IMG/VR virus record: IMGVR_UViG_3300032116_000114
Coordinates: 1 to 64,000 of that record
DNA: 64,000 nt
Strand: one strand, 5' to 3'
Source of the DNA: an uncultured virus (IMG/VR IMGVR_UViG_3300032116_000114)
Taxonomy: Duplodnaviria > Heunggongvirae > Uroviricota > Caudoviricetes
Below are positions 18,818-29,359 of the stretch, one piece after another. Under the pieces are notes generated by a model. That model searched no databases, was not told the origin of the DNA, and worked only from the letters and a program-made list of their open reading frames with translations. The position numbers were made by a program, and so were the translations under genes. Numbering within the stretch: the stretch's first letter is position 1; each line of letters starts with the position of its first letter.

Positions 18818-19735
18818 ATGAAAAGATTATTCACCTTTGGTTGTAGTTATACCAGTTATTCTTGGCCTACCTGGGCTAATTTGTTGTCTATTGATTATGA
18901 TGAATTTTACAATTGGGGTCTTGCAGGATTAGGAAACAGAGCGATTGCTGAGAGAATAGTAGAGGCGCATCACAGACACACATTTACTGAAGATGACTTA
19001 ATTATAGTGCAGTGGAGCAGTCACCTACGTAATGATTGGTATCACGAACACAGTCTACCTGAAAGACGTTCTAATTGGAAAACTGCTGGTAGCATTTTTA
19101 ATTACCTAAATCAATCTCTATATGATCAAAAATGGGTTGATACATTTTTCTATGAACCAGCATATCTCATGCATACCTTAAACAATATAAGTTTAACTCA
19201 GGGTTTTTTAAATTCAACCGGTTGCAAATGGTACATGACTAGTATAGGAGATATACGTGATATGGGGGATGATTTTAGAGATGCTCCTGGATCAGGAGAA
19301 AAACATATCTATGATAATCCTAATAGATCAAAAACTGGTCTTGCCTGGGACAAAATTGCTAATTTAAAGTTCTATGAAGAAAAAATATGGAATGATCATG
19401 CAGATCACTGGCTTACTCCATTAGAAACTATAGCAAAACAACATTTAGATTTAACTTTTGAATTTGATGATACTAATGCTCCTGGTGAAAAGTTTTTTGA
19501 CATCCACCCTTCTCCACATCAAAACATTATATGGATAGAACAAGAATTAAAAGACAAATTAGAATTAACAGAAACTTCAATTAATGCTGTTAAAGAACTT
19601 GCAGACAGTATACATAGTTTGCAGAAAAAAATGAAATTTGACAAAATTACATTCGAACTTACCCTGGCTAAACGAATAGATTGGCCCAGTTCAGTGAGTC
19701 ATATGGTGTGGCCAACTTGGCCTAACGGATTTTAA
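18818..19735 (+). CDS. SGNH/GDSL-like protein, paralog 2
   Basis: FGCSYT, NWGLAGLGN, DIHP; N-terminal half highly similar to the upstream gene. Confidence 0.55.
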   Translation: MKRLFTFGCSYTSYSWPTWANLLSIDYDEFYNWGLAGLGNRAIAERIVEAHHRHTFTEDDLIIVQWSSHLRNDWYHEHSLPERRSNWKTAGSIFNYLNQSLYDQKWVDTFFYEPAYLMHTLNNISLTQGFLNSTGCKWYMTSIGDIRDMGDDFRDAPGSGEKHIYDNPNRSKTGLAWDKIANLKFYEEKIWNDHADHWLTPLETIAKQHLDLTFEFDDTNAPGEKFFDIHPSPHQNIIWIEQELKDKLELTETSINAVKELADSIHSLQKKMKFDKITFELTLAKRIDWPSSVSHMVWPTWPNGF

Positions 19736-19744
19736 AGGAATACA

Positions 19745-21556
19745 ATGAAAAAAGATATCTGGATTGCAGCATTAGCTCGAGGACATAACAGCAGTGTGTG
19801 TCTCTTAAAAAATGGCGAAATCGTATTTTCGATTGAGGAAGAGAGATTAAGTAGAAATAAGTATGACGGCGGCCCGTACGCTGCAATGCTTAAAATACTA
19901 GACTACACTGACAAGATTGATTATCTTGTAATAGCACATACACAAAGTCTACAAGAAACCGCAGGTAGAGTTGACTTTAGCGGTGACGACATTTATACCG
20001 GACTTGCAAGAAAACTAGGATTAATTAGTAGAAAAGAAAATCCTTACAAACATCCGCAGGTAATTGATCTTAGTCACGTGCATCATAAACTACACGCTGC
20101 TTGTGCATTTTACAGGTCAGGGTTTGATCAAGCAACAGCACTAATTGTAGACGGCGCCGGCACATTTATTCCACTTAATATTAGTGGTGAACAAATCATT
20201 GGATGGGAAACTGAAAGTATCTATGACTGTAAATATCCTGCAAGTTTTAAAACGGTGTACAAACACATTGGACTTAGAGGGCCAAATCCTGGTGCATTAG
20301 TTAAAAGTTTTGATGGTACCATGTACGACGAACCAGGGCAGACGCACGAAGCATTGATTACAGATCGTGCAGGTATTACCAAAGTCTACGAAGCTGTAAC
20401 ACAATATTGTGGATGGTCAAGTATTGAAGCAGGAAAAACTATGGGATTGTTCCCATATGGAAAAGAAAATTCAAATATTCCTAAATTGTTTGATGACACA
20501 AGTATATCTCCAGTGGCCAATAGGAATCTTATTGTTCCAACGTATCCAAACGGTGCTGTAGTAAATGCTGAGTTATTTTCTTATCTAGGTAGCGATGCTA
20601 CACAGATGTCCTGGGGTGATAATAGCGATGTTACATATCTAGACAATCGCAGAGATCTAGCATATGCTTGTCAAACTCAAACTCAAGAACAAGTTTTGAG
20701 ATTAATTCGAAAAGCTGTAGAAATGACTGGACAAAAGAAAGTGGTAATTAGCGGAGGTTACGGACTAAACTGTGTAGCAAATTACTACTATCTACAACAT
20801 CTAAGAGCCGAAGGAATTGAAATTTACGTAGAACCTATTAGTAATGACGCCGGAACTGCAATAGGCGCAGCCTTAATGTTTTATAAGAGTATAGAACCAC
20901 AATCTAATATAGATTATTCAAAAGACGGGCTATATCTAGGATTCAAGTATGATTATTCTGATGCAGATATTGCTGCATTTACACAATCCCATGGCGCTGA
21001 AATTACAGATGCTACTGATCAAGACATTGTAGATCTTTTGATTAACAAAAATATCGTGGCATTTTTTCAAGGGCGTAGCGAGAACGGCCCTAGAGCACTA
21101 GGTAATCGAAGTATTCTATTTGATCCAAGATTTAGTGACGGAAAAGATTATGTAAACAGTGTTAAGAATAGAGAATATTTCCGCCCGTTTGCAGGATCAA
21201 TTATGCAGGAGCACGTACATGAATGGTTCGATTTACGTGGAATGAAAGATACTCCACACATGATGTATGCAGTAAATTGCCAACCGGGTATAGAAGAAAA
21301 GATTCCTAGTATTATACACATTGATGGAACCTGCCGTATTCAAACAGTGACTGCTGAGCAGAATCAACATTATTATAACCTCATTAAAGAGTTCTATGAT
21401 ACTACAGGTTGCCCAATAATTTTCAACACTAGTTTTAATCTAGGCGGAGATCCGCTAGTAGAAACCTTGTTTGATGCCGTAGAAACGCTGCAAAAAAGCA
21501 AGATAGAATACCTGTACCTGCCAGAATACAAAAAACTGCTAAAAATTGCCAACTAA
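19745..21556 (+). CDS. Carbamoyltransferase (NodU/CmcH/TobZ family)
   Basis: Motifs HNSS...EEERLSRNK, HHxLHA, VDGAG, GKTMGL, SGGYGLNC, DAGTAIGAA, GPRALGNRS, REYFRPFA, HIDGTCRIQTV, NTSFN. Confidence 0.93.
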   Translation: MKKDIWIAALARGHNSSVCLLKNGEIVFSIEEERLSRNKYDGGPYAAMLKILDYTDKIDYLVIAHTQSLQETAGRVDFSGDDIYTGLARKLGLISRKENPYKHPQVIDLSHVHHKLHAACAFYRSGFDQATALIVDGAGTFIPLNISGEQIIGWETESIYDCKYPASFKTVYKHIGLRGPNPGALVKSFDGTMYDEPGQTHEALITDRAGITKVYEAVTQYCGWSSIEAGKTMGLFPYGKENSNIPKLFDDTSISPVANRNLIVPTYPNGAVVNAELFSYLGSDATQMSWGDNSDVTYLDNRRDLAYACQTQTQEQVLRLIRKAVEMTGQKKVVISGGYGLNCVANYYYLQHLRAEGIEIYVEPISNDAGTAIGAALMFYKSIEPQSNIDYSKDGLYLGFKYDYSDADIAAFTQSHGAEITDATDQDIVDLLINKNIVAFFQGRSENGPRALGNRSILFDPRFSDGKDYVNSVKNREYFRPFAGSIMQEHVHEWFDLRGMKDTPHMMYAVNCQPGIEEKIPSIIHIDGTCRIQTVTAEQNQHYYNLIKEFYDTTGCPIIFNTSFNLGGDPLVETLFDAVETLQKSKIEYLYLPEYKKLLKIAN

Positions 21557-21621
21557 TTAGAACCCGTTAATTCAATGCTGATATTGTTTATGCTAAATAC
21601 TCAATACACCATTGGATCGAT

Positions 21622-22011
21622 ATGGACTTTACTAGATATTTTTTACGCGGACTCAAGGGCACCCTGAGATTTAACAACGGAGTTAATCTCAGTTATAAAG
21701 GCCCCTGGGTTGAAATTTTCCCTAACACAGTTATTGACGAATTCTACGTGGGCGATTTTATGTCTGCGGAATACACCATGTGCGTAGATGGTGGATCTGT
21801 TGATAAAGAAATTATCAAATGTTTAGTAGTTGCTGGGCCGTCTTCGGCTAGTATTACAATATACGGCAGAACTTCATTACAGGATGATATGATTACATTG
21901 TCTGCAACGGTCAATGATTCAAAAGTCACGTTAATTGCATCCCCAATTGGTCCAGAATCGAAAAGATTGATATTCAGCGTTAGCTACTATCATGCTATAA
22001 ATGACCTATAA
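21622..22011 (+). CDS. Hypothetical, probably structural, protein
   Basis: 129 aa beta-rich ORF preceded by TAAATA at 21594. Confidence 0.55.
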   Translation: MDFTRYFLRGLKGTLRFNNGVNLSYKGPWVEIFPNTVIDEFYVGDFMSAEYTMCVDGGSVDKEIIKCLVVAGPSSASITIYGRTSLQDDMITLSATVNDSKVTLIASPIGPESKRLIFSVSYYHAINDL

Positions 22012-22020
22012 GAGAATAAA

Positions 22021-22536
22021 ATGACAGTTGAATACTCCCCACTAAAATCAAACTACGGATTTGCAAGTCCTGGATTTGCTGTAGACGATCTAGGTAATGT
22101 TAATCTAGATAACAATATAGTTATAGACAACGACGCTACAATAAACGGGACTTTATTTGCAGCTAACATTCAAATAGGCGGCAGTGGCGCAGCATTTGAT
22201 ATTATAGAAAATGACGATTCGACACTGTCTTTATCAAAAGATATTACAAACAGTCACTTAAGAAATCTCGGTGTATTAGAAAGATTAGAAGTAGATGGTG
22301 ACGTTTATATTGGAATAGCATCTACTAATTTTATCAGTATAGATAACGGCGCTGTTGTTATTAACAGTTCGGAAATTGGTGGCATGGATAACATAGCAAT
22401 TGGACAAAATACTCCAGCAGACGCTACATTTTTAGATGCAGCAGCAAACAATGCACCAACATTAGCCAGTCACTTGACTAGAAAAGACTATGTTGATGCA
22501 AGAGTAACAGCGTTTTCAATAGCATTCGGAGCATAA
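22021..22536 (+). CDS. Short fibre-like structural protein
   Basis: Ends in APTLASHLTRKDYVD...AFSIAFG, a motif typical of trimeric fibre proteins. Confidence 0.55.
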   Translation: MTVEYSPLKSNYGFASPGFAVDDLGNVNLDNNIVIDNDATINGTLFAANIQIGGSGAAFDIIENDDSTLSLSKDITNSHLRNLGVLERLEVDGDVYIGIASTNFISIDNGAVVINSSEIGGMDNIAIGQNTPADATFLDAAANNAPTLASHLTRKDYVDARVTAFSIAFGA

Positions 22537-22548
22537 GGAAAAGATTAA

Positions 22549-25500
22549 ATGGCAAAAAAGAAATTACTCAATTACGTATTTGAACCAGGATTAAGCAAAG
22601 ATTCTAATGCTTTTCCTAATGCTTATGCTCTGTTGTCGGCAAACAAAGCCTTCATCCAGGCGCAAGTTGTAGCTTTTATAAATTATAACATAACAAATAG
22701 TATTTCGCCGTATGTTGGTTATACATATGCACCCGCAAAGTGTACTAGAGATGTAGGATATTTTATCGATGCTATCTTGCACGATTTAAAATATGGCGGC
22801 AATGTAAAAATTAGACAGGTAGCTGACTATTTTCATATTAAAGGCGAACCTATGATTCGAGGTGATGTATCACCGGAAATTACAGGTCAACAATATATAA
22901 GAGATATTATCAACAATTATATCTTTACAAATAATCCAGTAACTCCAACTTACGGACAGACTGTTGTTGAGCAAGTCACAAACCAATCGTCGGGAGAGCA
23001 GGGAGCCGCTGCAAGAATTACTAGTGAATTTCAAATCTTAGGTAACGTTATTCAGAACGGACCAACAGCAATGGCTACAAAGGTTCCTGGAGTAAGTTCT
23101 ATTAGAATTCTAGGCAGTTATTTGCCTAGTGATGTCCTATTAATAACAAATACTAATACTGGGCAAATATTATATAATTTTGCTGATCCTTCAAACACAG
23201 TTAATTTTGAATATAAAAATGGTAGGAGCAGTGGTGACGGTGAACTATTAAGTGATTTAGATTTTCCGTCGTGGTGGCAAACTACTGATACAATTACCAC
23301 AATTAATCTATCAGAAGATACTTCGACACTTTCGGCATCAACGGATTTACAAATATTTGTAGAAGAGCCATATCAAACAATTCGTCCTTGGGACTTTGGT
23401 ACAGATGCTATTGAGCGTATGCGTGTTGCCGCTCCGCAGGCCATGCTTGACGCTGACTTTGAATACGGACTGCAACCAACTAAATGGCAGGCTCTTGGAT
23501 TATTGAGAAGTTATCCTAGTTTTTACGAAATTCCTGCAACTGACTTAACCATTAATGCCATAACTACAGATGCGTCAGCAACTACTGGATTTTTTGGAGC
23601 TTCTTTAATAACAGTTTCGACAAATGGTAGTCACGGTTATAGTGTTGGAACTCCTATCACTGTTAAGGGATTGTCTAATAACATTAACGGATTTTCGAGA
23701 GCAGAAGGTACTTTTTTAGTTCACAGCATTCCTAGTGCGGTAGCTTTTACTTACTATGCTTCTGCAAAAGTGGGATCAGCAGTTGGTGAAAGTTTATTCA
23801 CTTCTTTTGCTCAAATTAGACAGGCAGGATTCTACACCGGCGCAAGTATTGGTGCTCCTGTATTCAGCGTTGCTAGTAACGGAACAACAAGCACAATCGT
23901 TTCGGTATTTGATTCACCAAGCTCTTCATTAAGAATTGCGTACAGCGGCTCTGCTCCTACACCTGGATCACCAATTACTGGTAGTACATTTATTCCAGCA
24001 GGAACATCTGTATCGGCTATCAACGGAAATGCGGTAGCAACAGTGTATGCAAAAAATGACATTAACCCAACTGATACTTCAATATCATTAACTAGCTATA
24101 CTGGAGTACAAGGCGGAATGGCGTTCGACAATGGGTCAGGTGATGCTGTCTATATTAATTCTATTTTAAGTGGTGAGGCAAATCTTTCAGCAGCTTGTGG
24201 TCTTACATTGTTAGGGGCCGATGGAATTGATACTGGTGTTACTGGCACAATCGTAGCAGCTATTGGATCATTGGCAACATTTAATGTTTCTAGAACCGCT
24301 GGAGAATATACCGTAACTGATGCTCAGGATAGCACATCAAACGGTATTAATTATGCAATTGGAGATCAAATAAGAATTGACGGTAATCAAGTTGGTGGAT
24401 CAATAGGAACTAACGATATAACTATTACTGTTTCTTCTATTGATAGCGGTGGTGCAATTGTTGGATTTACCTATAGCGGACTAGCTGTATCTGGAGGTGA
24501 AACATATACAGCAGTTAGTCAATCATCTACAACAAGCACATTGGGTGCAGGCGCAACTATTACAGTTATAAGAACAGGCGGCACAGGAGAATATACTGTG
24601 TCACTGGCGAATGGTGGGGCGGATTTTGTTCCAGCAGACACTGTTACTTGGGCCGGTACTAGCTTTGGCGGAACTAGTCCAGAAAACGATATCGTTATTC
24701 AAGTCAACGGAGTTACTGGTGGTGCAATTGTTGATTGGGAATTAGTTGGAACTCCTGTTGGTGTATCCGGTGATGCTGTTTATACAACTCCGCCTTCTAA
24801 TAATCTTACAAATTCTGGCGCAGGAGCCGAGTTTACAATAGAACGAATTTCTGGAGCATATTCAAGCATAGTGACAGACGGCGGCGCAAATTATAGAAAT
24901 GGAAATCAAATTTTAATATTAGGAACAGATATTGGGGGAGCATCTCCGTTAAACGATCTATTATTAACTGTAGCAAATTCATCTGCAGGTTCAATCATTT
25001 CTGCTTCAGCTAACGGAACACCGTTTACCGGCGATAGCTTTTTGATATATCCTTCGCTGACACTAAGCGAATCGTTAACCGGTGAGTTGCCAACAGGCAC
25101 CAGCTTAGATGTTGGTGCTATTGGCACTGTTCAAGTAGATTTTACATCCAAGCACGGGTTAGTTCCAGGTGCAACTATACTATCTAATATTACATCAACA
25201 CCTGCTCCGGAAGTAACTGCTGTTGCAACTAATTTGCCTAATTCCGGCACATGGACTGACGTAGCAGGTTATAATGGAAGATTTGTTGCTATTAAATCTG
25301 GCAGTAACGGTACAGCAGTTTCAACCAACGGAACAACTTGGACAGTAGGCGGAAATTTAACCGCCTCTACAACTTGGACTAGTATTGCTGTAGGACCAAT
25401 TGGAGGTATTACAACATTCTGGGTGGCTATTGCCAGCGGTGGTACTGTTGCTAATTATTCCACAGACAATGGCGCAACTTGGACAGTGGGGGGTGTATTA

Positions 25501-28500
25501 CCTAGTTCAGGTTCTTGGACCAGTGTTGCCTATTTCAACTCGGCTTTCGTTGCAGTAAGAAGTGGTTCAACTGCCGCAGCATACTCTACAGACGGTATTA
25601 ATTGGACCGCAGCAACATTGCCAAGTTCATCCAATTGGCAAGACGTATCTGGCGGAACTGTAGGCACCTCAGCATTTTTTGTAGCCGTAGCCACAGGGGG
25701 AACAGCCGCAGCATATTCTGTAGATAACGGAGCAAACTGGACTGCATCAACACTGCCTAGTAGCACAACGTGGAACGCTGTTACATTTGGAAACTCTAGA
25801 TTTTTAACGGTGGCAAAAAATACTGCGGTAGCAGCATTATCAACTAACGGAACATCTTGGACTTCAATTACATTACCGGTATCGGGTACTTGGAATGATT
25901 TAATTTTTGGTGACGATAATTTTGTTATTGTGGCAGACAGTGGCGGGCTTGTTTTAACATCGTTTACTGGTGAAACTGGCGGATTTACTGAAAGATCTAG
26001 TGCTGCCGCTATCGCCTATGAAGGTATTGGATTTAGTACATATTCAGGGGCTTCTAGTAAATTTGTTGCGGTAGCTACCGGTTCGTCAGCAGCACAGGCA
26101 ATTACATTAACCTCGGCCAATCATCAGTTAGCTGCTGGTCCTTTTGTTATTACAGAAGTTCCGTCTGATACTAGACTTAGATATCCTGCAAGAAGTACGG
26201 GTGCTATAAATTCCACTGCTGCAATTACAGGAGCACTTTATGCTAGACCTGATACATTCTTTACACATAGACCGTTTGACGGTGGTGTACAATTAGGTAC
26301 AGGTGGTCCGCAATATGGTTCGCAGGCAATTCGACAGAGTAAAAAATACATTCGATACCAATCTGGTAAAGGCATGATGTATACTACTGGAGCACTATTT
26401 GCACCTAGTTATAATATTGCATCGGCAACGGCAACTGGCTTGGCAGCAAACAGTATTATAACCGTTACTACTGACGATACTGATCACGGAGCACAACCTG
26501 GAGCAACTATTGAAATTGTTGGAATGGTATCGTTTGAATACAACGGAACCTATATTGTTGAATCTGTACTCAGTTCTAGAACATTTACTGTAAGATCAAT
26601 TGTGCCATTATCTACAACAACAGCTGAATTAGGATCTGACACCAGGATGCTGGCAAAAACATGGCATGGATCTACAGTTAGAGTAGGGGCGTTTGACGAA
26701 CAGAATGGAATTTTCTATCAATACGATGGACAAGAAATGGCTCTTGTTAGACGTAGCAGTACTCAACAGTTAACTGGTACAGTATCAGCAAACATTGAAA
26801 GCAATCTTATCAGCGGAAGCGGCACAAGATTTGCTGAACAATTAAAAGCTGGAGATAAAATTGTATTGAGAGGTATGACTCACACAGTTACCGGAATAAC
26901 TAGTAATACTCAAATGACAGTGACTCCTGACTGGCGAGGTGTGAATGCTATCAGCGGAGCTAAGTTGTGTCTAGTTACTGAGTTGTTAATTCCTCAACAC
27001 GAATGGAATATGGACAAAGCTGACGGTACTGGTCCTTCGGGATATGTATTTGATGTATCTAGAATGCAGATGATCGGTATTCAATATTCTTGGTATGCTG
27101 CGGGATTTATTGAATTTATGATTAGGGGATCTGACGGTAAGTTTATTTTCTTGCATAGAATTCGTAACTCAAACGTCAATACAGAAGCATATATGAGAAC
27201 TGCTAACTTACCAGTTCGTTATGAAGTTGAAAATGCTTCTGCAAGAAGTAAATTAAAAACAACAATTAATTCTTCTGCTACATCAATTACATTAATAGAT
27301 GCATCTAGATTCCCAAATGCGGGCACTGTATATATCGACAATGAAATTATTTCATACTCGAACAGATCTGGAGATACGCTGACTGGTTGTACAAGAGCAA
27401 CAACTTTAAGTAATTTTGTTGCAGGATTGAATCGTTCGTTTACTGGTAGCGTTGCAGCATCTCACTCTGCCGGAGTTGGCGTTAATTTAATTAGTTGTAC
27501 ACTGACACCTACAATTAGTCACTGGGGTTCAGCATTATTAACTGACGGATTGTTCGATGAAGATCGAGGATACATTTTCAGTTATGCAGCAGCAGCGGTT
27601 AGTGTTACTACCACTAAACAAACAGCGTTCATGATTCGTTTGGCACCTAGCGTGTCTAATGCACTTGTTGGCGATTTGGGCGAAAGAGATCTACTAAACA
27701 GAGCCCAGTTGCTATTAAAGAGTATTGCTATTGCTGCTGACACGGGAACCGGCAACTTGGTTATTGAAGGGGTATTGAATCCTAGAAACTATCCTGCTAA
27801 CCCAAGTAATATTATTTGGACTGGTTTATCAAGTTCTGGAGCAGGCGGACAGCCTAGCTTTGCACAAATTGCACTAGGCGGTTCAATTAACTGGGGTGGT
27901 GTTCCTCTAACAACTGCAACAGCTCAGGTTGCTGGACTTGTTCAAAGCTCAGTTAGCACACCAGCATTAAACCCTGGACCAGGTGGAACCTATTCCAACT
28001 CGTTTAGAATTGATAGAAATACATTTATTATCACCAATGCTCAATACGATGCAAGTGGATTGCAAATTGGAGATATTTTAATCAATGGTACCTATCTTGT
28101 AGGAAATAGAACAGTGACTAACGCCCAAAGGACTGCTCTTACTATTAGTACCGTACCATATACTATTATTACTATGAATGCAAACGCCAGTGCAAACAGT
28201 CCTAATAATACTGGAATTTCTGTAACAACTCAAATTCCTCAAACTGCGTCATCGTATCCAAGTACTAACTATCTATTCTTTACCAATGCTTCATGGAACA
28301 GTTCAGGAGCTTCAATTGGAACTAGGGTAGATACTACAACTACGCAATTTCCTGCAGGGACTTCAGTGTCAGCGGTCACAACTAGAACACTAGGATTTAC
28401 CACTGTTCGTCGAGTGACATTTACTCAGAATGCCAATACCACAGTTGCAGCAGCAGCAAATATAACTTTCCAGTTTGGTGACGTGGCTTTTGCTCTACCG

Positions 28501-28707
28501 GGAGAACAGGTATTTTCCTTTATTTCAAATCCAGGAAATACAGGCGAGCTAAGTTTGGCAGAGTTAAAAGAACTTACAACAACTGCAATTGGCGGTCGCG
28601 GTACATTCCCTAATGGTCCTGACGTATTGGCGATTAATGTGTATAAAGTATCTGGCACAGCGGTTAGCACCAGCATTATTCTACGATGGGGTGAAGCGCA
28701 GGCTTAA
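22549..28707 (+). CDS. Giant virion structural / tail fibre protein (2052 aa)
   Basis: One C-T-R-D repeat, Gly/Ser/Thr-rich beta repeats (YxxGDxIxIxGxxxGGxxPxNDIxIxV), propeller blades like those in the two upstream giant genes, C-terminal GPDVLAI...LRWGEAQA. Confidence 0.8.
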   Translation: MAKKKLLNYVFEPGLSKDSNAFPNAYALLSANKAFIQAQVVAFINYNITNSISPYVGYTYAPAKCTRDVGYFIDAILHDLKYGGNVKIRQVADYFHIKGEPMIRGDVSPEITGQQYIRDIINNYIFTNNPVTPTYGQTVVEQVTNQSSGEQGAAARITSEFQILGNVIQNGPTAMATKVPGVSSIRILGSYLPSDVLLITNTNTGQILYNFADPSNTVNFEYKNGRSSGDGELLSDLDFPSWWQTTDTITTINLSEDTSTLSASTDLQIFVEEPYQTIRPWDFGTDAIERMRVAAPQAMLDADFEYGLQPTKWQALGLLRSYPSFYEIPATDLTINAITTDASATTGFFGASLITVSTNGSHGYSVGTPITVKGLSNNINGFSRAEGTFLVHSIPSAVAFTYYASAKVGSAVGESLFTSFAQIRQAGFYTGASIGAPVFSVASNGTTSTIVSVFDSPSSSLRIAYSGSAPTPGSPITGSTFIPAGTSVSAINGNAVATVYAKNDINPTDTSISLTSYTGVQGGMAFDNGSGDAVYINSILSGEANLSAACGLTLLGADGIDTGVTGTIVAAIGSLATFNVSRTAGEYTVTDAQDSTSNGINYAIGDQIRIDGNQVGGSIGTNDITITVSSIDSGGAIVGFTYSGLAVSGGETYTAVSQSSTTSTLGAGATITVIRTGGTGEYTVSLANGGADFVPADTVTWAGTSFGGTSPENDIVIQVNGVTGGAIVDWELVGTPVGVSGDAVYTTPPSNNLTNSGAGAEFTIERISGAYSSIVTDGGANYRNGNQILILGTDIGGASPLNDLLLTVANSSAGSIISASANGTPFTGDSFLIYPSLTLSESLTGELPTGTSLDVGAIGTVQVDFTSKHGLVPGATILSNITSTPAPEVTAVATNLPNSGTWTDVAGYNGRFVAIKSGSNGTAVSTNGTTWTVGGNLTASTTWTSIAVGPIGGITTFWVAIASGGTVANYSTDNGATWTVGGVLPSSGSWTSVAYFNSAFVAVRSGSTAAAYSTDGINWTAATLPSSSNWQDVSGGTVGTSAFFVAVATGGTAAAYSVDNGANWTASTLPSSTTWNAVTFGNSRFLTVAKNTAVAALSTNGTSWTSITLPVSGTWNDLIFGDDNFVIVADSGGLVLTSFTGETGGFTERSSAAAIAYEGIGFSTYSGASSKFVAVATGSSAAQAITLTSANHQLAAGPFVITEVPSDTRLRYPARSTGAINSTAAITGALYARPDTFFTHRPFDGGVQLGTGGPQYGSQAIRQSKKYIRYQSGKGMMYTTGALFAPSYNIASATATGLAANSIITVTTDDTDHGAQPGATIEIVGMVSFEYNGTYIVESVLSSRTFTVRSIVPLSTTTAELGSDTRMLAKTWHGSTVRVGAFDEQNGIFYQYDGQEMALVRRSSTQQLTGTVSANIESNLISGSGTRFAEQLKAGDKIVLRGMTHTVTGITSNTQMTVTPDWRGVNAISGAKLCLVTELLIPQHEWNMDKADGTGPSGYVFDVSRMQMIGIQYSWYAAGFIEFMIRGSDGKFIFLHRIRNSNVNTEAYMRTANLPVRYEVENASARSKLKTTINSSATSITLIDASRFPNAGTVYIDNEIISYSNRSGDTLTGCTRATTLSNFVAGLNRSFTGSVAASHSAGVGVNLISCTLTPTISHWGSALLTDGLFDEDRGYIFSYAAAAVSVTTTKQTAFMIRLAPSVSNALVGDLGERDLLNRAQLLLKSIAIAADTGTGNLVIEGVLNPRNYPANPSNIIWTGLSSSGAGGQPSFAQIALGGSINWGGVPLTTATAQVAGLVQSSVSTPALNPGPGGTYSNSFRIDRNTFIITNAQYDASGLQIGDILINGTYLVGNRTVTNAQRTALTISTVPYTIITMNANASANSPNNTGISVTTQIPQTASSYPSTNYLFFTNASWNSSGASIGTRVDTTTTQFPAGTSVSAVTTRTLGFTTVRRVTFTQNANTTVAAAANITFQFGDVAFALPGEQVFSFISNPGNTGELSLAELKELTTTAIGGRGTFPNGPDVLAINVYKVSGTAVSTSIILRWGEAQA

Positions 28708-28982
28708 TTTTGCTTGATGCGTTCCCAGTGAGTAAGTTTCTGATCTAAAGATTTTTTGATTGTCATCAAATTTGATCGTAGATCAGAAACTTCACTGTTT
28801 ATTCTTCCAGTAATAAACATACTTTCGTGACTACGATCAATGTAAGAAACTTGTTCTTTTAACTGCACCAATAGATTAATTAATTCTTTTTGTGCAATCG
28901 GGTCGGATATTTTAATAATCCGTTCTTGATAATTTTTATAGTCGTCTGTAAAACGTTGACTATTTTGTATTTTTGGAATCAT
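28704..28982 (-). CDS. Hypothetical helical protein
   Basis: 92 aa ORF coupled to the upstream minus-strand gene, converging on the giant gene. Confidence 0.55.
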   Translation of the reverse strand: MIPKIQNSQRFTDDYKNYQERIIKISDPIAQKELINLLVQLKEQVSYIDRSHESMFITGRINSEVSDLRSNLMTIKKSLDQKLTHWERIKQN

Positions 28983-29352
28983 TTTCTAGCACCATTATAG
29001 TATCAATTTTTGCTCTTATCAGCGGATTATTTAAGGTGGTTTTCAGTCCACCATGCAAGTTTTTTGGCAGGCATTCAAAACTTGCCCAACAAATAGTTTG
29101 ACTGGCAGAAGTTAAAAACTCACTATCAGTTAGACAAACATATGTACCGTATTCAAACCCTCGATCCTCACTAAGATATAATTCTATAGGTAATATTCTT
29201 CCTATAGAATATGCATCTAATAATTCTTGAGCGTCCTCTAACAATGAAGCCTGTCTAGGAAATGTGGGCACAGTCCACTTTTGATCCTCTAAGATCAACA
29301 GCAGTCTATTTGTATTTTTAGCGAGAAATAATAACCCAGCACGTTGTTGCAT
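28960..29352 (-). CDS. NUDIX-fold-like protein lacking the Nudix box
   Basis: AGLLFLAKNTNRLLL...W start and W...LPKNLHGGL end resemble phage NUDIX proteins, but no GX5EX7REUXEE is present. Confidence 0.5.
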   Translation of the reverse strand: MQQRAGLLFLAKNTNRLLLILEDQKWTVPTFPRQASLLEDAQELLDAYSIGRILPIELYLSEDRGFEYGTYVCLTDSEFLTSASQTICWASFECLPKNLHGGLKTTLNNPLIRAKIDTIMVLENDSKNTK

Positions 29353-29359
29353 CTATTAC

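Noticed and set aside
169..28676. Many short antisense and alternate-frame ORFs inside the giant fibre genes (e.g. 10018..10395, 13787..14203, 14995..15450)
   Set aside because: They are fully nested in long motif-rich genes, have no RBS or promoter, and are explained by the codon bias of the real genes.
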